DNA of 64,000 nt. Source: Basidiobolus meristosporus CBS 931.73 (lineage: Eukaryota > Fungi > Basidiobolomycota). The notes beneath the pieces were generated by a model. The model made no database searches. It saw nothing but the letters and a program-made list of their open reading frames with translations, and had not been told where the DNA came from. Position numbers and translations under genes: made by a program. The stretch spans positions 96,169 through 160,168 of the forward strand of contig MCFE01000128.1 of the NCBI GenBank assembly GCA_002104905.1. Reading direction: 5' to 3'. Positions 14,050 through 27,664 of this stretch are shown piece by piece; the stretch's first letter is position 1; every line of letters starts with the position of its first letter.

Positions 14050-15920
14050 TGTCACAGCCAACAGTTGGGCCATTTCCTAATGGAACAGCAGAGGAACACC
14101 ATACAGTCTTTGAAGCACAACAACAGTGCCCAAAAATAAAGCCCACAGAAAAACCTATCAGAGCATGAGAGGGAGAAGCTGTAGTATTTCTACCAAGGCC
14201 CAAAAATCAAAAGACATTGAAGATCTATGAAGCCATAGTGTGCAATGATCAAGTGTGGGTTAATATCCAAGTGGTCATAAAAAGTCTAATATGCCACCAC
14301 CATAAGGCCAGCATATCATAGGACCATTAGGAATTCAAAGCAAAGCAGAATGTGCTTGACTTGCTCCATGGGCATTATCCTGGATTCAGACAAGTAAACA
14401 GATTTTGGGCCAGCATTGGTATGCTGGGAAGGTATCTCAAGAATGGTAGAAACTGTCAAAGGTAAAAGAACAAGCGTGCAATGGCTAAAACCAGTGGCTT
14501 CCTCAAGAGTCCATCACAAGCAGAGCCAAATGCTCCAAACAAGCATCAAAGAGACATCAGGTAACTGGAAGAATGCCAATAAAGGGCAGGCAGACACATA
14601 TGCACCAGCACAATATTTATCAAGGAGAAAGTGTAGATCCACTCAAGAAGCACTTAGTCAAAGTAGTAGTGAAGGGCCTGGAAGAAATGGAAACCAGAAG
14701 CTACCTCAGGAGCCTGCCACAGCTTGGGCTGAGAGCTCAAAACAAGTGGGAAAGTTGTACCAGGTTGCCTGTACAGTCCCAGCAAGGGACAATCAGGCCA
14801 AAACAGATGCATCCAAGCATCATTTATCAAGGAAAAAGCATAGTTCCACTCATGAAACACTGAAGCAAATTAGCTGTGAAAGACCTTGCAGTGATGAAGG
14901 AAAAGGTGAAGGGATAAGGGCTACCTATGCCAGAGGCAAGGAAATATGAGAAAAAGCTGCAGTTTTCTACAATTGATACTGTAAGCCCAGAACAGACTAA
15001 ATTCCATCATAGCCAAGAAGAATTATCAACAAGAAAACATCTGCTTTCACAAGAGATGGAAGCATGGCCAGCTGAGCTATACTCCAGTGTGGTAGATGAG
15101 CTTGCAGAGAAAGGCAACTTGTCTACCACTCTCTCCATGTCATCCATTGTAGACAGAGTGGTAATCCCACCAACAGACAAAGCAACAATGTTAAGAACTC
15201 AAAGGACTACCACAATGCTAATAGTGGAATTTTGGAACATTAATAAGCACATCAAGAGGTTGCAGCACTTCTTCAAGAGCAGTGCTCCAGGAAATGCACT
15301 TCAATATTGCAAGGATTTACTGCAAAGACTGGCAGATGAGGTGCTTAACCTTCCAGTAATGGCTAATAGCCAGGACATATGGGAACCACTGAATGAACAG
15401 TGGCATAAAGCCATAGGGTTCCTGTCAAAGTCATGGAAACCGAGTATTACAGCAGTAATACTTATTGGGTGGTGGGTTTTCATGGAGTTACTTGTTGAGT
15501 ATGAGGTTGGACTTAATGTTAGCATAGGGTATAGGGACTTGTATAGATCAATACAACTTGCAATTGGGATACAACTTAAGTTTCAAAGGAAATAAATTGA
15601 TGTGTATGTGTGAAAAGTCAGAGAAATGGTTGAGTCATGAAGTAAGGAGTGTGAAAAGGAGGTAATAGCCAATCAATGTACGCAAACATAGGAGGTGATA
15701 GAGTGTTTGTGATCAGTAAGTGAGAGAATTTTCAGAGAACCAATCAAAAGCCACTTATGTATTGTTGTAATGAAAGATTTAACTAAGTTATTTGTGAAAT
15801 CTGGGGTGCATTTATTTTTTGACAGACTTTGCACAGTTTCTCAACCGGTTCAATACTGCTTAGTTGAGGGACTTTAGTTTTGTGACGGCCTTTTGATAGA
15901 ATCATTACAATAATTTTTCA
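14050..15920 (+). mobile_element. ORF-B arm of CCCTA transposon (copy 3)
   Basis: ORFs 14416-14949 (two 69-aa repeats) and 14927-15595 (helical C-terminal part) are the least degraded ORF-B; terminus truncated near 15920. Confidence 0.7.
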
Positions 15921-17110
15921 GATGGTGTGTTATGGAGTAAGTCCCCTGGATCTCATGCATTAGACAGCAATAACATTCAATGTGCCCAGAAAAGCTAGCT
16001 CTATTGCTGATGGCAGGGGTATCTCCAATATTGATAATGTTGTAAGAGTCTTGGAGATAATGGAAGTGATTGGGAGAACAAGTAGATTATGTGGTTTTCA
16101 CTTAATGATTTATTGAATGCAAAAGTAATATTTATACTTTTACCTGATCTTGGCATTACAAACACATAGAATAGGTTAAGGAAGGTCCCAAGAACATGTG
16201 TGCAAAGTTTGGGGCTGTTTGGACAACTTTGAGAATTTTCATGTTCTGGGTACCTGGTACTTTGGTGAAAATATTCTAAGTAAATCCCAACAAGGAATTT
16301 GGTCAGTATTCTCTAGGAGTTGAAGGTAATGATCTAAGTGACTAAGTTAGGTGAATATTTAGGTGGAAATACAAATTTTTACAACAGATAATATTAAGTG
16401 CTTTGATATGATGGCCATTTTGTAGTAGCATAGTAATAGTATGTGTTAGTTATGGGCTAAGTTCCATGGATATCACACATTAGAAAGTAATACCATTCAA
16501 TGCAACCTGTAAAGCTGGCTATATTGCTGATGGCTAGGGTATCTCAAATATGGTATAATATGTGCTTTGATATGATGACCATTTAGTAGTATTCTGCTGG
16601 AAGGCATACAAAACACATCCAGCAATGGATGCAGGTAGCTTTCCAGGTGGGGCAGTGATTTAGGACCAGGTACCAGTGGGACTACCATCAGATTTCTGCA
16701 CTGATACTGTAAGATAGGCAGCAGATTCAGGTTGATGAGAATCATTGGCCAGCAGGAATGTCTGATTGAGTACTTATTTAATGGGAATCCATCAAGTGCT
16801 ACAGCAAAGGCATGGTCATACATACCTTCAAAGTAGCGCTTGGTTCTTAGTTGTTTGTAATGTTTGCCATTGAATATATCTGAATTCTGCTTAACTGATA
16901 CTGAGTGTGGTACTTTATAGCCTTACAATATTTATTGGACTGCACAAGCTTGTTTAAATGGGCTACTACTGCCATCTATCTGGAGTATGAACAGTTTTTC
17001 CCTCCTATAGTGGTGGAGTCCTGACAAGTTGGACATCTTGTATTGGAGAGATTTTCTGATGTGAGTGCTATGCAACTGTTAGCACATGCTGGTATCAGGA
17101 TAGTCTCTGG
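15920..17110 (-). pseudogene. Tnp2-type transposase fragment in inverted orientation, interrupted by a solo LTR
   Basis: ORF 16497-16823 (ALDGFPLNKYS..WPMILINLNLLP..PGPKSLPHLESYLHPLLD) is paralogous to 11790-12010. 15920-16037 and 16440-16550 both match 12050-12170 (local duplication). Confidence 0.75.
16038..16386 (-). mobile_element. Solo LTR of Copia family A
   Basis: 349 bp, TGTTGTAA...TTACAACA, matching the LTRs at 17111, 18816, 21184, 26605 and 58290; flanked by the 5-bp TSD GATAA (16033-37, 16387-91). Confidence 0.95.
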
Positions 17111-19164
17111 TGTTTTAGAAATTTGTAATTGCACCTAAATACTCACGCAACTTAGTCACTTAGATCATTACCTTCAAATCCTAGGGAATACTGACCAAAA
17201 TCCTTGTTGGGACTTACTTAGAAGATTTTCACCAAAATATCAGATACTCAGAACATGAAAGTTCTCAAAGTTATTCAAACAGCCCCAATCTTTGCCCACA
17301 AGTACTTGGGAGCTTTCTAAGTCTATTCTATGTGTTTTTATGCCAAGACCTTGTAAAAGTAAAAATACTACTTTATGTTCAATAAATAATTAAGTGAAAA
17401 CCACATGATCTACTTGTTCTCCCAATCACTTCCAATATCTCCAAGACTCTTACAACAGGCTATGAGCCCCAAGATGTTACTCCTTGTCATGTCTACAACT
17501 GCTATTACTGGAATTTTTCCCTCTACTGAAAAGTTGTATGGATTCAACTACCAAGTGTGAATGGTGAACATGAAGATGCTGCTACAAGATAGAGGCCTTT
17601 GGGATATAGTCATGGGAGAAGAATGCCCTCTTAAAAACATGGGAGAGGAATTCTTAAAGTAGCAGAAGAAAGAACAAAGTGCCTCTAACTGCATTTGCCT
17701 TATTGTCAGTCAAATTGCTAAATCAATGCTCAAGTGCAAAACAGCAAAGAATGCCTGGAAAGCATTAGAAGACACCTACTAGTCATGTTGGCTGCCCAGA
17801 AAATGTATCTTAGACTAAACATCTTTACTACAAAGATGCTGCCTGGAGAAGAAATGCAAATTTGATCAACAGAATTACTCTGCTGGTAGAAGTGATCAAA
17901 TCTGTGGGGGTACCAACTACTGATGAGGATACAGTAGTGATCTTCTAGAATAGCCTGAAAGATGATTCTCAGGGCCTTGTATAGGCCCTAGAGTCCAGAA
18001 CTGAAGATTTGACCTTAAATTACATATATGGAAGGCTCCTGGATCAAGAATTACAAAAATTAAGTGCCAATAAGAAGGAAGAAGAAAATGCTTTGATAAG
18101 CAATGATACCAACAAAGAAGATACCCAAGACCTTTTAAGGCAATAGCAACCAGATTTGCAACTACTGCAAAAGGAAGGGACACACATCTGGCCAGTGCTT
18201 TAAAAAGAAAGATAGTCTGCATAAAAAGTCAGAATATGGAAACGTTACAACAACTTAAGATTGACTATTCCTATCTGCACTAAATATGGTCACAAATAAG
18301 TATTCTTGGACGTGGTATATGGACTGTGGAGCATCTCAACACTTTACACACCAAAAAGAACTTTTTACCCAATATCAAGAAATTCCCATTAAGAAGGTTT
18401 TCATGGGTGATGATAGAACACTTGATGCAGTGGGAGAAGGACCTATCCAAGTCAACCTAAGAAGCAGTGAAGGAAGCCATAAACTGACCTTTGAAGAAGA
18501 ACTCTATGTACCAGAAATAGCCAAAAACCTACTATCTGTCAGCAAGGTCACTGCAGAAGGACTCAGTTTCAGCTTTGACAATTCTGGATGCAGGATCACT
18601 GATCAAAATGGTACTCACATTGCTCTGGGTAAGCACATAGATATTAGACATTATTTCATATGTGAAGCTATAGAGAATAACTTTGTTAGCTTAGTTTACT
18701 GTCCTACAGATAAAATGATTGCAGACATATTTACCAAACCATTAGCTAAAGACAAGTTTGAATATCTCAGGTCAAAATTAGGGCTAGTCAGTATGAACAT
18801 TTAGCTGAGTGGGAGTGTTGTAAAAATTTGTATTTCCACCTAAATATTTACCTAACTTAGTCACTTAGATCATTACCTTCATATCCTAGAAAATACTGGC
18901 CAAACTCCTTGTTGGCATTTGCTTAGAATATTTTCACCAAAATACCTGGTACCCAGAACATGAAAATTCTCAAAGTTGTCCAAACAGGCCCACACTTTGC
19001 ACACATGTTCTTGGGACCTTCCTTAACCTATTCTACATGTTTTTAATGCCAAGACCAGGTAAAAGTATAAGTACTACTTTTACATTCAATAAATCATTAA
19101 GTGAAAACCACATAATCTACTTGTTCTCCCAATCACTTCCAATATCTCCAAGACTCTTACAACA
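17111..19164 (+). mobile_element. Internally deleted non-autonomous Copia A element
   Basis: 5' LTR 17111-17457, PBS GGCTATGAGCCC, degenerate gag, protease (ORF 18286-18804, WYMDCGASQH) fused at ~18630 to the RNase H tail (KHIDIRHYF..IADIFTKPL), PPT TTAGCTGAGTGGGAG, 3' LTR 18816-19164. Flanks do not form a TSD. Confidence 0.9.
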
Positions 19165-20944
19165 AGAAACACCTCCCACAGCATGGGAGGGAAAGACTGT
19201 GATCTTTATACCCAAGCCTATAAATCTCAAGACATTGAAGTTCTATGAAGCTATTTAGTGCAATGATGAAGAGTGGGCTAATATTCAAGAAGCTCTAAGA
19301 AGTCAAGCATGGCATCACCTCAAGGCTGTCATACTATGGGACTGTCAGGAACTCAAGGCCAAGCAGAATATGCTTGACCTGCTCCATGAGCATTATCCTG
19401 AGCTCAAGCAAGCAAATGGATTTTGGGGCAGTATTGGTATTCTAAGAAAGTATCTGAGGAATATCAGAAACTACCAAAGGTAGAAGAACAAGGGTGCCAC
19501 AGCCAAAAACCAGCAGCTTCCTCAAGAACTCATCATAAGCAGGGCTGAAAACTTTAAACATGCAGCAAAGAAATGTCAGGTAGCCAGAAGAGTGCCAGAA
19601 TGGGACAAGCAGGCAGAAACAGATGCATCAATGCAGCATTCATCAAGGAGAAAATGTAGTTCAATACAAGAAGCACTCAGTCACAGTAGTAGTGAAGGAC
19701 TTGACAGTGCTAAAAAATCATAGCTTTCTCAGGGACCTGTCACAAGCAGGGCTAAAAGTTCCAAACAAGCAGCAAAGAAATCTCAAGTGGCCAGGGGAGT
19801 GCCAGCAAGGGACAAGCGGGCAAAACAGATACACCAGTGCATCATCCATCAAGGAGACAACAAAGTACAATACAAGATGCATGCAGTCAAAGTAGTAGTG
19901 AAAGACTTGGCAGTGATATAGTAAAGGCAAAGTAAAAAAAGTCTACCCAAGCCAGTGACAGGGAAGCATGAGAAAAAACCTGCAGTTCTCACCAATTAAT
20001 GTTGCCAGTCCAGAACAGGCTGAATCCCATAATAACCAAAAAGAATTACCAATACAAAAGCAGCTGTTCTTTCAAGAGTTGGAAGTATAGCCTATTAAGA
20101 CGCACTCCAGAGAGGTAGAGGAGTTTGCCAAGAAAGCAACTTGTCTACCACTCCCTCCATGTCATCCATTGTAGACAGAGTGGAGATCCCACTGACATAC
20201 AATGCAACAAGGTCAAGAACTCAATGGGCTATCACAATGCCAGCTGTGGAATCTGGAACATTATAAGGCACACCAAGATGTTGCAGTACTTCTTTAAGAG
20301 AAGTGCTCAAGCAAACACACTTAAATACTGCAAGGATCTATTGCAAAGGCTGGCAGAACAGGTGCTAGACCTTGCAGTGCTGGCTGAAGATCAGGACATA
20401 TGGGAACCAGTGAATGAACAGTGGCATAAAGTCACGGGGGTCCTGCCAAGGTCATGGACAAAGGGTGTTACAGCAGAAACATTTATTGAGTGGTGGATCT
20501 TAATGAAATCACTTTTTGAGTGTGGGGTTGGGCTTAATGCAAGTGTACAGTATAGGGACTTGTATAGGTCAATATAATTGGAAATTGAGGTATAACTGAA
20601 GCTTCAACAAAATAATTCAATTTGTACACATGAAAAGTAAGAGAATCAGTGAGTCAGGAAGTAAGGGGTGCAAAAATGAGGCAATAGCCAACCAATGGAC
20701 ACAAAGGTAAGAGGTGATTGAGTCTCTGGGATCAGAAACTGAGAAAATTAGTAGAGAATCAATTAAAAGCCACTTTTACATTGTTGTGATGAAATGTTTT
20801 GACCAAGTTTTTTGTGAAATCAGGAATGCAATTATTTTTCAACAGTCTTTGCATGGTGTCCTGATGGGACCAATACCTGTTAGTCACAGGATTTTAGTTT
20901 GTGATGGTCTTTTGATGGAATCACCACAATTATTTTTCATAGTG
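19165..20944 (+). mobile_element. ORF-B arm of CCCTA transposon (copy 4) with right terminus
   Basis: ORFs 19623-19895 and 20125-20577 match ORF-B; ends ...TTATTTTTCATAGTG at 20944. Confidence 0.7.
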
Positions 20945-20984
20945 TATATTTGGCAGCCAACACTTCAAAACTTTGCAACAGTCC

Positions 20985-21107
20985 TGCCATATCAGTGTGA
21001 GGAGGGTCAAGAATCCCAAGCTGCTGGATTACTACAGTCTTGTTGCAGGACTCTGACAGTTGATCTGGATTGGAATCACCTTCAAGATAAAATTCTTTTT
21101 CATAGGG
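20985..21107 (+). mobile_element. Isolated transposase-side terminus of the CCCTA transposon
   Basis: caagctgctgg...gatctggattggaatcacc...TTTTTCATAGGG matches 13885-14005. Confidence 0.55.
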
Positions 21108-21183
21108 CTGCAGATAAATCTTCAAGACAAGATACAGAGCAACCCTTGTAGCCAAAGGATATAGTCAAACAAAAAGGCCAAAC

Positions 21184-24100
21184 TGTTGTAAGAGTCTTGG
21201 AGATATTGGAAGTGATTGGGAGAACTAGTAGATTATGTGGTTTTCACTTAATGATTTATTGAATGTAAAAGTAGTATTTATACTTCTACCTGATCTTGGC
21301 ATTACAAACACGTAGAATAGGCTAAGGAAGGTCCCAAGAACATGTGTGCAAAGTTTGGGGCTGTCTGGACAACTTTGAGAATTTTCATGTTTTGGGTAAA
21401 TATTCTAAGTAAATCCCAACAAGGAATTTGGTCAGTATTCTCTAGGATTTGAGGGTAATGATCTAAGTGACTAAGTTAGGTGAGTATTTAGGTGGAATTG
21501 TGAATTTTTACAACACTCCCACTCAGCTAAATGTTCATACTGACTAGTCCTAATTTTGACCTAAGATATTTAAACTTGTCTTTAGCTAATAGTTTGGAAA
21601 CTTGTCTTTAGCTAATGGTTTGGTAAATATGTCTGCAATCATTTCATCTGCAGGACAGTAAACTAAGTTAACTAAGTTATTCTCTATAGCTTCACGTATG
21701 AAATGATGTCTAATATCTATGTGCTTGGTTCTAGCATGAAAAGTTGGATTTCTACCTAATTGTATACATCCTTGATTATCTTGAAATAAAGTAATAGGCG
21801 TTTTTTGACATAGGCCTAAATCTGTAAACAGCTTTCTTAACCACATTGCTTCTTTTGTAGCTTCACAGGCTGCCATATACTCTGCCTCTGTGGTGGAAAG
21901 TGCCATGGTTGGTTGCTTTCTTGAATTCCATGAAATTGCTCCTGTACAGTAAAGAAAGGTGTATCCTGTGGTGGATCTTCTGTCTTCTAAGTTTTGTCCC
22001 CAATCTGCATCAGAGTATCCCACAAGATCTTGTTCTGAGTCCTTATAAGTGTATCTTAAGCAGATATAGCAGTTCCTTTTAGGTATCTAAAAATCCGCTT
22101 AACTGCTGCAATATGATCAGATCCATAATTCTGATTATGTTGGCTGACAACTCCCACTGAATATGAGATATCTGGACGTGTTCCAAGCATGATATACATC
22201 AGACTGCCAACCATAGATTGATAAGGAAAGTCAGGGCTTTTCAGATGGCACCATGCTCTCTTGATTTGGTTGAGTTTTGACCAAGTTCAGGTTTGTCTCC
22301 ATTGGGGTAGCTGCCAGTTTACAGTCTTCCATTTGGTACTTCTTTAGTATATCTTGAATATACTTGGATTGACTTAGGGTGATAGTCTGGGTACTTTTGT
22401 CTATGGAGAACTTAATCCCTAAGTAGTAACTAGGTACTCCTAAATCAGACATCTTGAACTCCTTAGATAGGCTGGATTTAGTTTCTTCCAATGTTTCTAG
22501 GTTATTGGTGGCTATAATAAGATCATCCACATATAGAGCTAATAGAACTGGATTTGCTCTATCTGGCTTATAGTATATACTATAGTCAGCATTACTTCTT
22601 TTGAAACTCAAGGATTCCAAATAAGAATCTATCTTGCAATTCCAGGCTCTCAGTGATTGTTTGAGACCATAGTGTGACTTTTTAAGCTTGCAGACCAAAT
22701 GGGGGTTATCTTGGTCAACAAACCCATCAGGCTGATTCATATACTTGTCCTCATCAAGTTCTCCATTCAAAAATGCAGTTTTTACATCCATTTGATGAAT
22801 AAAAAACTTATATTTTGCTGCAATAGCCAAAATTAATATGATGGAATTAAACTTGGCTACCGGTGCAAAGGTCTTAGTATAGTCAAGTCCTTTTGTTTGA
22901 GATTATCCTTTGGCTACAAGTCTTGCTTTGTATCTTTCAATTGTACCATCAGCTTTGTATTTTGTCTTGAAGACTCATCTGCATCCAATTGATTATTGGT
23001 TGATTGGAAATTTGACTAAGTCCCAATGTTTGATTTTCCATCAGGGCCTGATATTCCTCAGTCATTGCAGATCTCCAAAACTCTGTCTGAGGGCTATTTA
23101 GGGCCTCTTTTACAGTCTGGGGCTCATCAACATGGACTGAATAGGCATAGGCTAAGTTTGTACCCTCATTGATATAGTAATTTGGGCTATTTCTTGTCCA
23201 ATTGGATCTCTGGGCATTTGATACTGGAATGATCACTTCTGGGATATTCCTGGGCACTGATTCTGGCTGAACCACGGTTGGAGAGTCCTCTGGAGTGAAA
23301 AAATTTTCATTGTTTTGCTCTGATTCAATCCTGACAATTGGTGGACTTGAGATCAAATTTTTGTCATCATCCAATGTCATTTTTTGTGAAAATTTTGAAT
23401 TTTCATCAAACAACACATCCCTGGACTTGATCAGCTTCTTTGCTTTGGTATTGTAGAGTCTGTATGCCTCACTCTCATTGCAGTAGCCCAAAAATATGCA
23501 TTTTACACTTTTTGGCTCAAATTTCAACTGATTTCCGGCCAGTTTTTTGGCATATGCTGTACACCCAAATATTCTTAGATGTTCTGCACTTGGTCTGTAT
23601 CCATACCATGCTTCAAATGGAGTAGAATCACAAAGTATTCTGTTATAACTCCTATTTTTAAGATGTATAGCAGTGGCAACTGATTCCGCTGTAGTGGGGT
23701 GACAGTGACACCCACTGACAGATGTGCTCATTCCCTTATTTTCTACTTCCCTATATCTCTACTACACTTATTTTAGTTTTATCCCATTTGTCTTACCCAA
23801 TCAGTACTATCCCATAAGCTGGTTGACTATCACACCTGCTTGCCTTATTGCATAAGTTACCCCTCACTTTATGTAAGATTACTGGCTATAAGTGCTTCTA
23901 TATTAGGCAAGAACCCGCGTCAGTACCCGTGACACATGATCAACCCGTGCTATCATCCCTACCATTTTCATACCATATATGGTATCCCCATGTTACACAG
24001 GTTTCAGAATACTGATTCCTGATTGGTTGGATGTGCTGTGCCTCTTGTAACCTTCCGGCACCTACTTAGAACATTCTTAGGTCATTCTGATGTCATTAAC

Positions 24101-26953
24101 ATTTCTGTTGATATCCGGAACCTTCTGGAACACCATGATTAGTAATCACTTAGCCAGTAAGAAAAGTATATAAGGGAGACTATCCCTCAACAATAAATCA
24201 TCATCCCTTTTATCAATATACCAACTTGTTGATTAGTGTGATCACTGCTACCTGCTGCTACCTGAACTTCCAACCCCAGACCATAGGACACTCCCAGGAA
24301 ACCGCGCTGACAGCCAACTGACCTTGGAGGCACTACTTGTGAGGAATACTCAGAGTAGGTATCTTTTATTATATTTTATTCTTTCCCAAGTTTGTTCTTG
24401 TACAGGCAAAGATACTTTTCTGTCTTTGTAACTATTGACCACAGCTGCATTCTTATCAAGTCCCTGCTGGTGGAGTTTACAGTTGTTTTGACTTTGGAAG
24501 CTTTAGTACATTGTCATCTCAAAGGACGCTGAACCCAGCTCATACTTTTGTTAAGATGCCAACTAAGTTGGGGATTGTAGCTCAATAGTTTTCCCTTGAC
24601 AAGCTTGTGGCTTTATTCCCCTTCACATTAGATTAGAGACAGAACCCAGGTATTCCTAGCAAGCTTTTGCCAGAGGTTATCGCACCCAGTGAACACCCCA
24701 CACACAAAACACTTGAGAAGTGTTGGACGTATCTCTCCCTTGGACCTATACACCACCACACCGCCCAAAAATCATGGGATAATTTTTGATCATGGATCAT
24801 AGATCTTGCCATATCAATTATTGATCTGTTAGCTTGTTCTGCTACTCCATTTTGCTGTGGGGAGTATGGTACAGTAGTCTCTTGCTTTATCCCATGAATT
24901 TTGCAGAAGTGGATGAAGAGTTTTGAGGTATATTCTCCACCATTGTCAGAGCGTATTTTCTTGATTTTTTCACCAGTTTCTCTCTCCACCATGGCTTTAA
25001 ACTCCCTGAACTTAGACAGAGCTTCTTCCTTTCTCTCCATGAAGTAGACCCATGTGTATCTTGTATAATCATCAATAAAAGTGATTAAATAATTCATCCC
25101 ACCTAAGGATAAATTTTGCATAGGTCCACACAGATCTGAGTGAATTAGATCTAATTTTTTCTTAGTTTTGATTAACCCAGAGCTCTTGAACAGTTGTCTG
25201 GCTTGTTTCCCATATATGCAGGCTTCACAGTGCTCCAAATTAGCTGGGGGATCAATTTTCACTCCAGAAATTAGCTGATCTTTGATCATTTTGATCAAAT
25301 AATCAGAATTGATGTGTCCAAATCTCCTGTGCCAAAGCATTGGTGTTTCTTCATTTAAGTTACTTATATTGGCTTCCAAATATGATGGAATATTAGTCAA
25401 CCTGTATAGATTCTGATCTCTGATGCCCAAAGCAATATGGGCACCATTTTGATCAGTCATCCTGCATCCAGAATTGTCAAAACTGAAACTGAGTCCTTCC
25501 GCTGTGGCCTTGCTTACAGAGAGTAGGTTCTTGGCTATTTCTGGTACATAGAGTACTTCTTTAAAGGTCAGTGTATGGCTTCCTGCATTGCTTCTAAGGT
25601 TTACTTGGATAGTTCCTTCTCCCACTGCATCAAGTGTTCTATTGTCACCCATGAAAACCTTCTTAATTGGAATTTCTTGATATTGGGTAAAAAGTTCTTT
25701 TTGGTGTGTAAAGTGTTGAGAAGCTCCAGAGTCAATATACCACGTCTGAGAATCCTTGTTTGTGGTCATATTTAGTGCAGATATGAATAGTCTATCTTCA
25801 GTTGTTGCAGCATTTCCATATTCAGGCTTCTTTTGCTGATTATCTTTCTTTTTGAGACACCGGTCTGATGTGTGTCCTTTCCTTTTGCAGTAGTTGCAAA
25901 ATAGGTTGCTGTTGCCTTTGTAGGGTCTTGGGTACCTCCTTTGTTGGTTATCATTGCTTATTAAAGCATTTTCTTCTTCCTTCTTATGGGCACTTGATTT
26001 TCTTAATTCTTCATCCAGGAGCCTTCCATATATGTAATTTAAGGTCAAATCTTCAGTTCTGGACTCTAGGGCTGATACAAGGCCCTGAAACTTGTCTGTC
26101 AGGCTATTCAGGATGGTAACTATCACATCCTCATTAGTAGTTGGTACGCCCACAGATTCCATCTCATCTACCAGCAGGGTAATTCTGTTAATTAGATTTT
26201 TCATTTCTTCTCCTGGTAGCATCTTTGTAGTAAAGAATTTTTGTCTCAGATACATTTTCTTGGCAGCTGAACATGACTGGTAGGTGTCTTCTAATGCTTT
26301 CCAGGCATTCTTTGCTGTTTTTGCTCTTGAGCATTGAATTAGCAATTTGTCCTTGACATTAAGGCAAATGTAGTTAAAGGCACTTTGTTCTTTCTTCTGG
26401 TACTTTAATGCTTCCTCTCCCGTGTTTTTAGGAGGGCATTCTTCTCCTATGACAATATCCCAAAGGCCTCTTTCTTGTAGCAGCATCTTCATCTTCACCT
26501 TCCACACTTGGTAATTAGATCCATCCAACTTCTCAGCAGAGGGAAAAATTCCAGTAATAGCAGTAGTAGACATTGCAGAGAGTGACAGCTTGGGGCTCAT
26601 AACCTGTTGTAAGAGTCTTGGAGATATTGGAAATGATTGGGAGAACAAGTAGATTATGTGGTTTTCACTTAATGATTTATTGAATATAAAAGTAGTATTT
26701 ATACTTCTACCTAATCTTGGCATTACAAACACGTAGAATAGGTTAAGGAAGGTCCCAAGAACATGTGTGCAAAGTTTGGGGCTGTTTGGACAACTTTGAG
26801 AATTTTCATGTTGTGGGTACCTGGTATTTTGGTGAAAATATTCTAAGTAAATCCCGACAAGGAATTTGGTCAGTATTCTCTAGGATTTGAAGGTAATGAT
26901 CTAAGTGACTAAGTTAGGTAAGTATTTAGGTGGAATTACAAATTTTTACAACA
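21184..26953 (-). mobile_element. Full-length Ty1/Copia element (family A), disrupted by a nested solo LTR
   Basis: 5' LTR 26605-26953 and 3' LTR 21184-21515; TSD CAAAC (21179-83, 26954-58); PBS GGTTATGAGCCC; PPT. gag-PR-IN open from ATG 26573 to 24765, then IN C-terminus (22949-23689), RT (22231-22830, YVDD) and RH (21586-22023) with stops and frameshifts. Confidence 0.95.
23690..24760. mobile_element. 1071-bp solo LTR (probably Gypsy-type) inserted in the Copia integrase
   Basis: TGTAGTGGGG...CACCACCACA ends and 4-bp TSD CCGC (23686-89, 24761-64). Removing it restores HDFWAESVATA. No internal ORF; TATA-like AAGTATATAAG near 24165. Confidence 0.8.
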
Positions 26954-27378
26954 CAAACCACAACAGAACCTTTGCACCAGTAGCCAAGCTTGATTCTATT
27001 AATATTGATATTAGCTATTCCAGCCAAGAATAAGTCATTTATTCATCAGATGGATGTAAAAACTACATTGCTGAGCAGGGAACCTGATGAGGACATGTAT
27101 ACAGACCAGCCTAAAGGGTTAGCTGACCAAGATAACCCCCATTTGGTGTGCAGGGTCAAAGAATATCCATGTGGATCCATAAAACTACCTATAGCCAGGA
27201 ATTACAAGATAGTTTCATATATGGAATGCCTGTATCTCCAGAGAGGTACTGCCAAGTATAGTATCTACTATAAGCCAGATAAAGCAGATTGAGTTCTACT
27301 GGCCTTATATGTCAGTTGTTGTATTATAGCTGCCCATAACCAAAAAAACTAGAAGAGACTATGTGGAGTTTGTCTAAA

Positions 27379-27664
27379 CCCTAAGGGAATAACCAAGAAA
27401 AGGCCAGCAGACTACCATCATATTATCAGCAGATTTCAACTTACCAAAGAGTGATATTGCTCAATATCTCAGGTAGTAGCTTCACAGCAGACATGAAGAT
27501 ATCCCTTCCAGGTAGAGACTAGGCCTGCTAGTATTAATGCCAATCTTGTGAATCAGCTGCTTGTTACTTCCACCAGAAATTGCATCTCAAAAATTGTAGC
27601 AGAAACACTAGCTGAATACCAGCCAAATATTCAATGAATACTGACTTTGGGATTTTTCATAGGG
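27379..27664. mobile_element. 286-bp MITE-like insertion with CCCTA...TAGGG ends
   Basis: Interrupts the host Copia RT between TCT and AAG GAG (S-K-E). Left end CCCTAAGGGAA, right end TTTTTCATAGGG, TAA(A)/TAA flanks. Left end recurs inverted at 61345-61428. Confidence 0.6.

Noticed and set aside
24633-26732. 699-aa ORF as a single protein
   Set aside because: The first ~53 codons are LTR/leader read-through and the last ~44 come from the nested solo LTR; the real gag-pol segment is 26573-24765.
21184-26953. Ascomycete-type RIP acting on the LTRs
   Set aside because: LTR differences are mostly transitions but in mixed contexts; a CpA-specific signature is not evident by eye.
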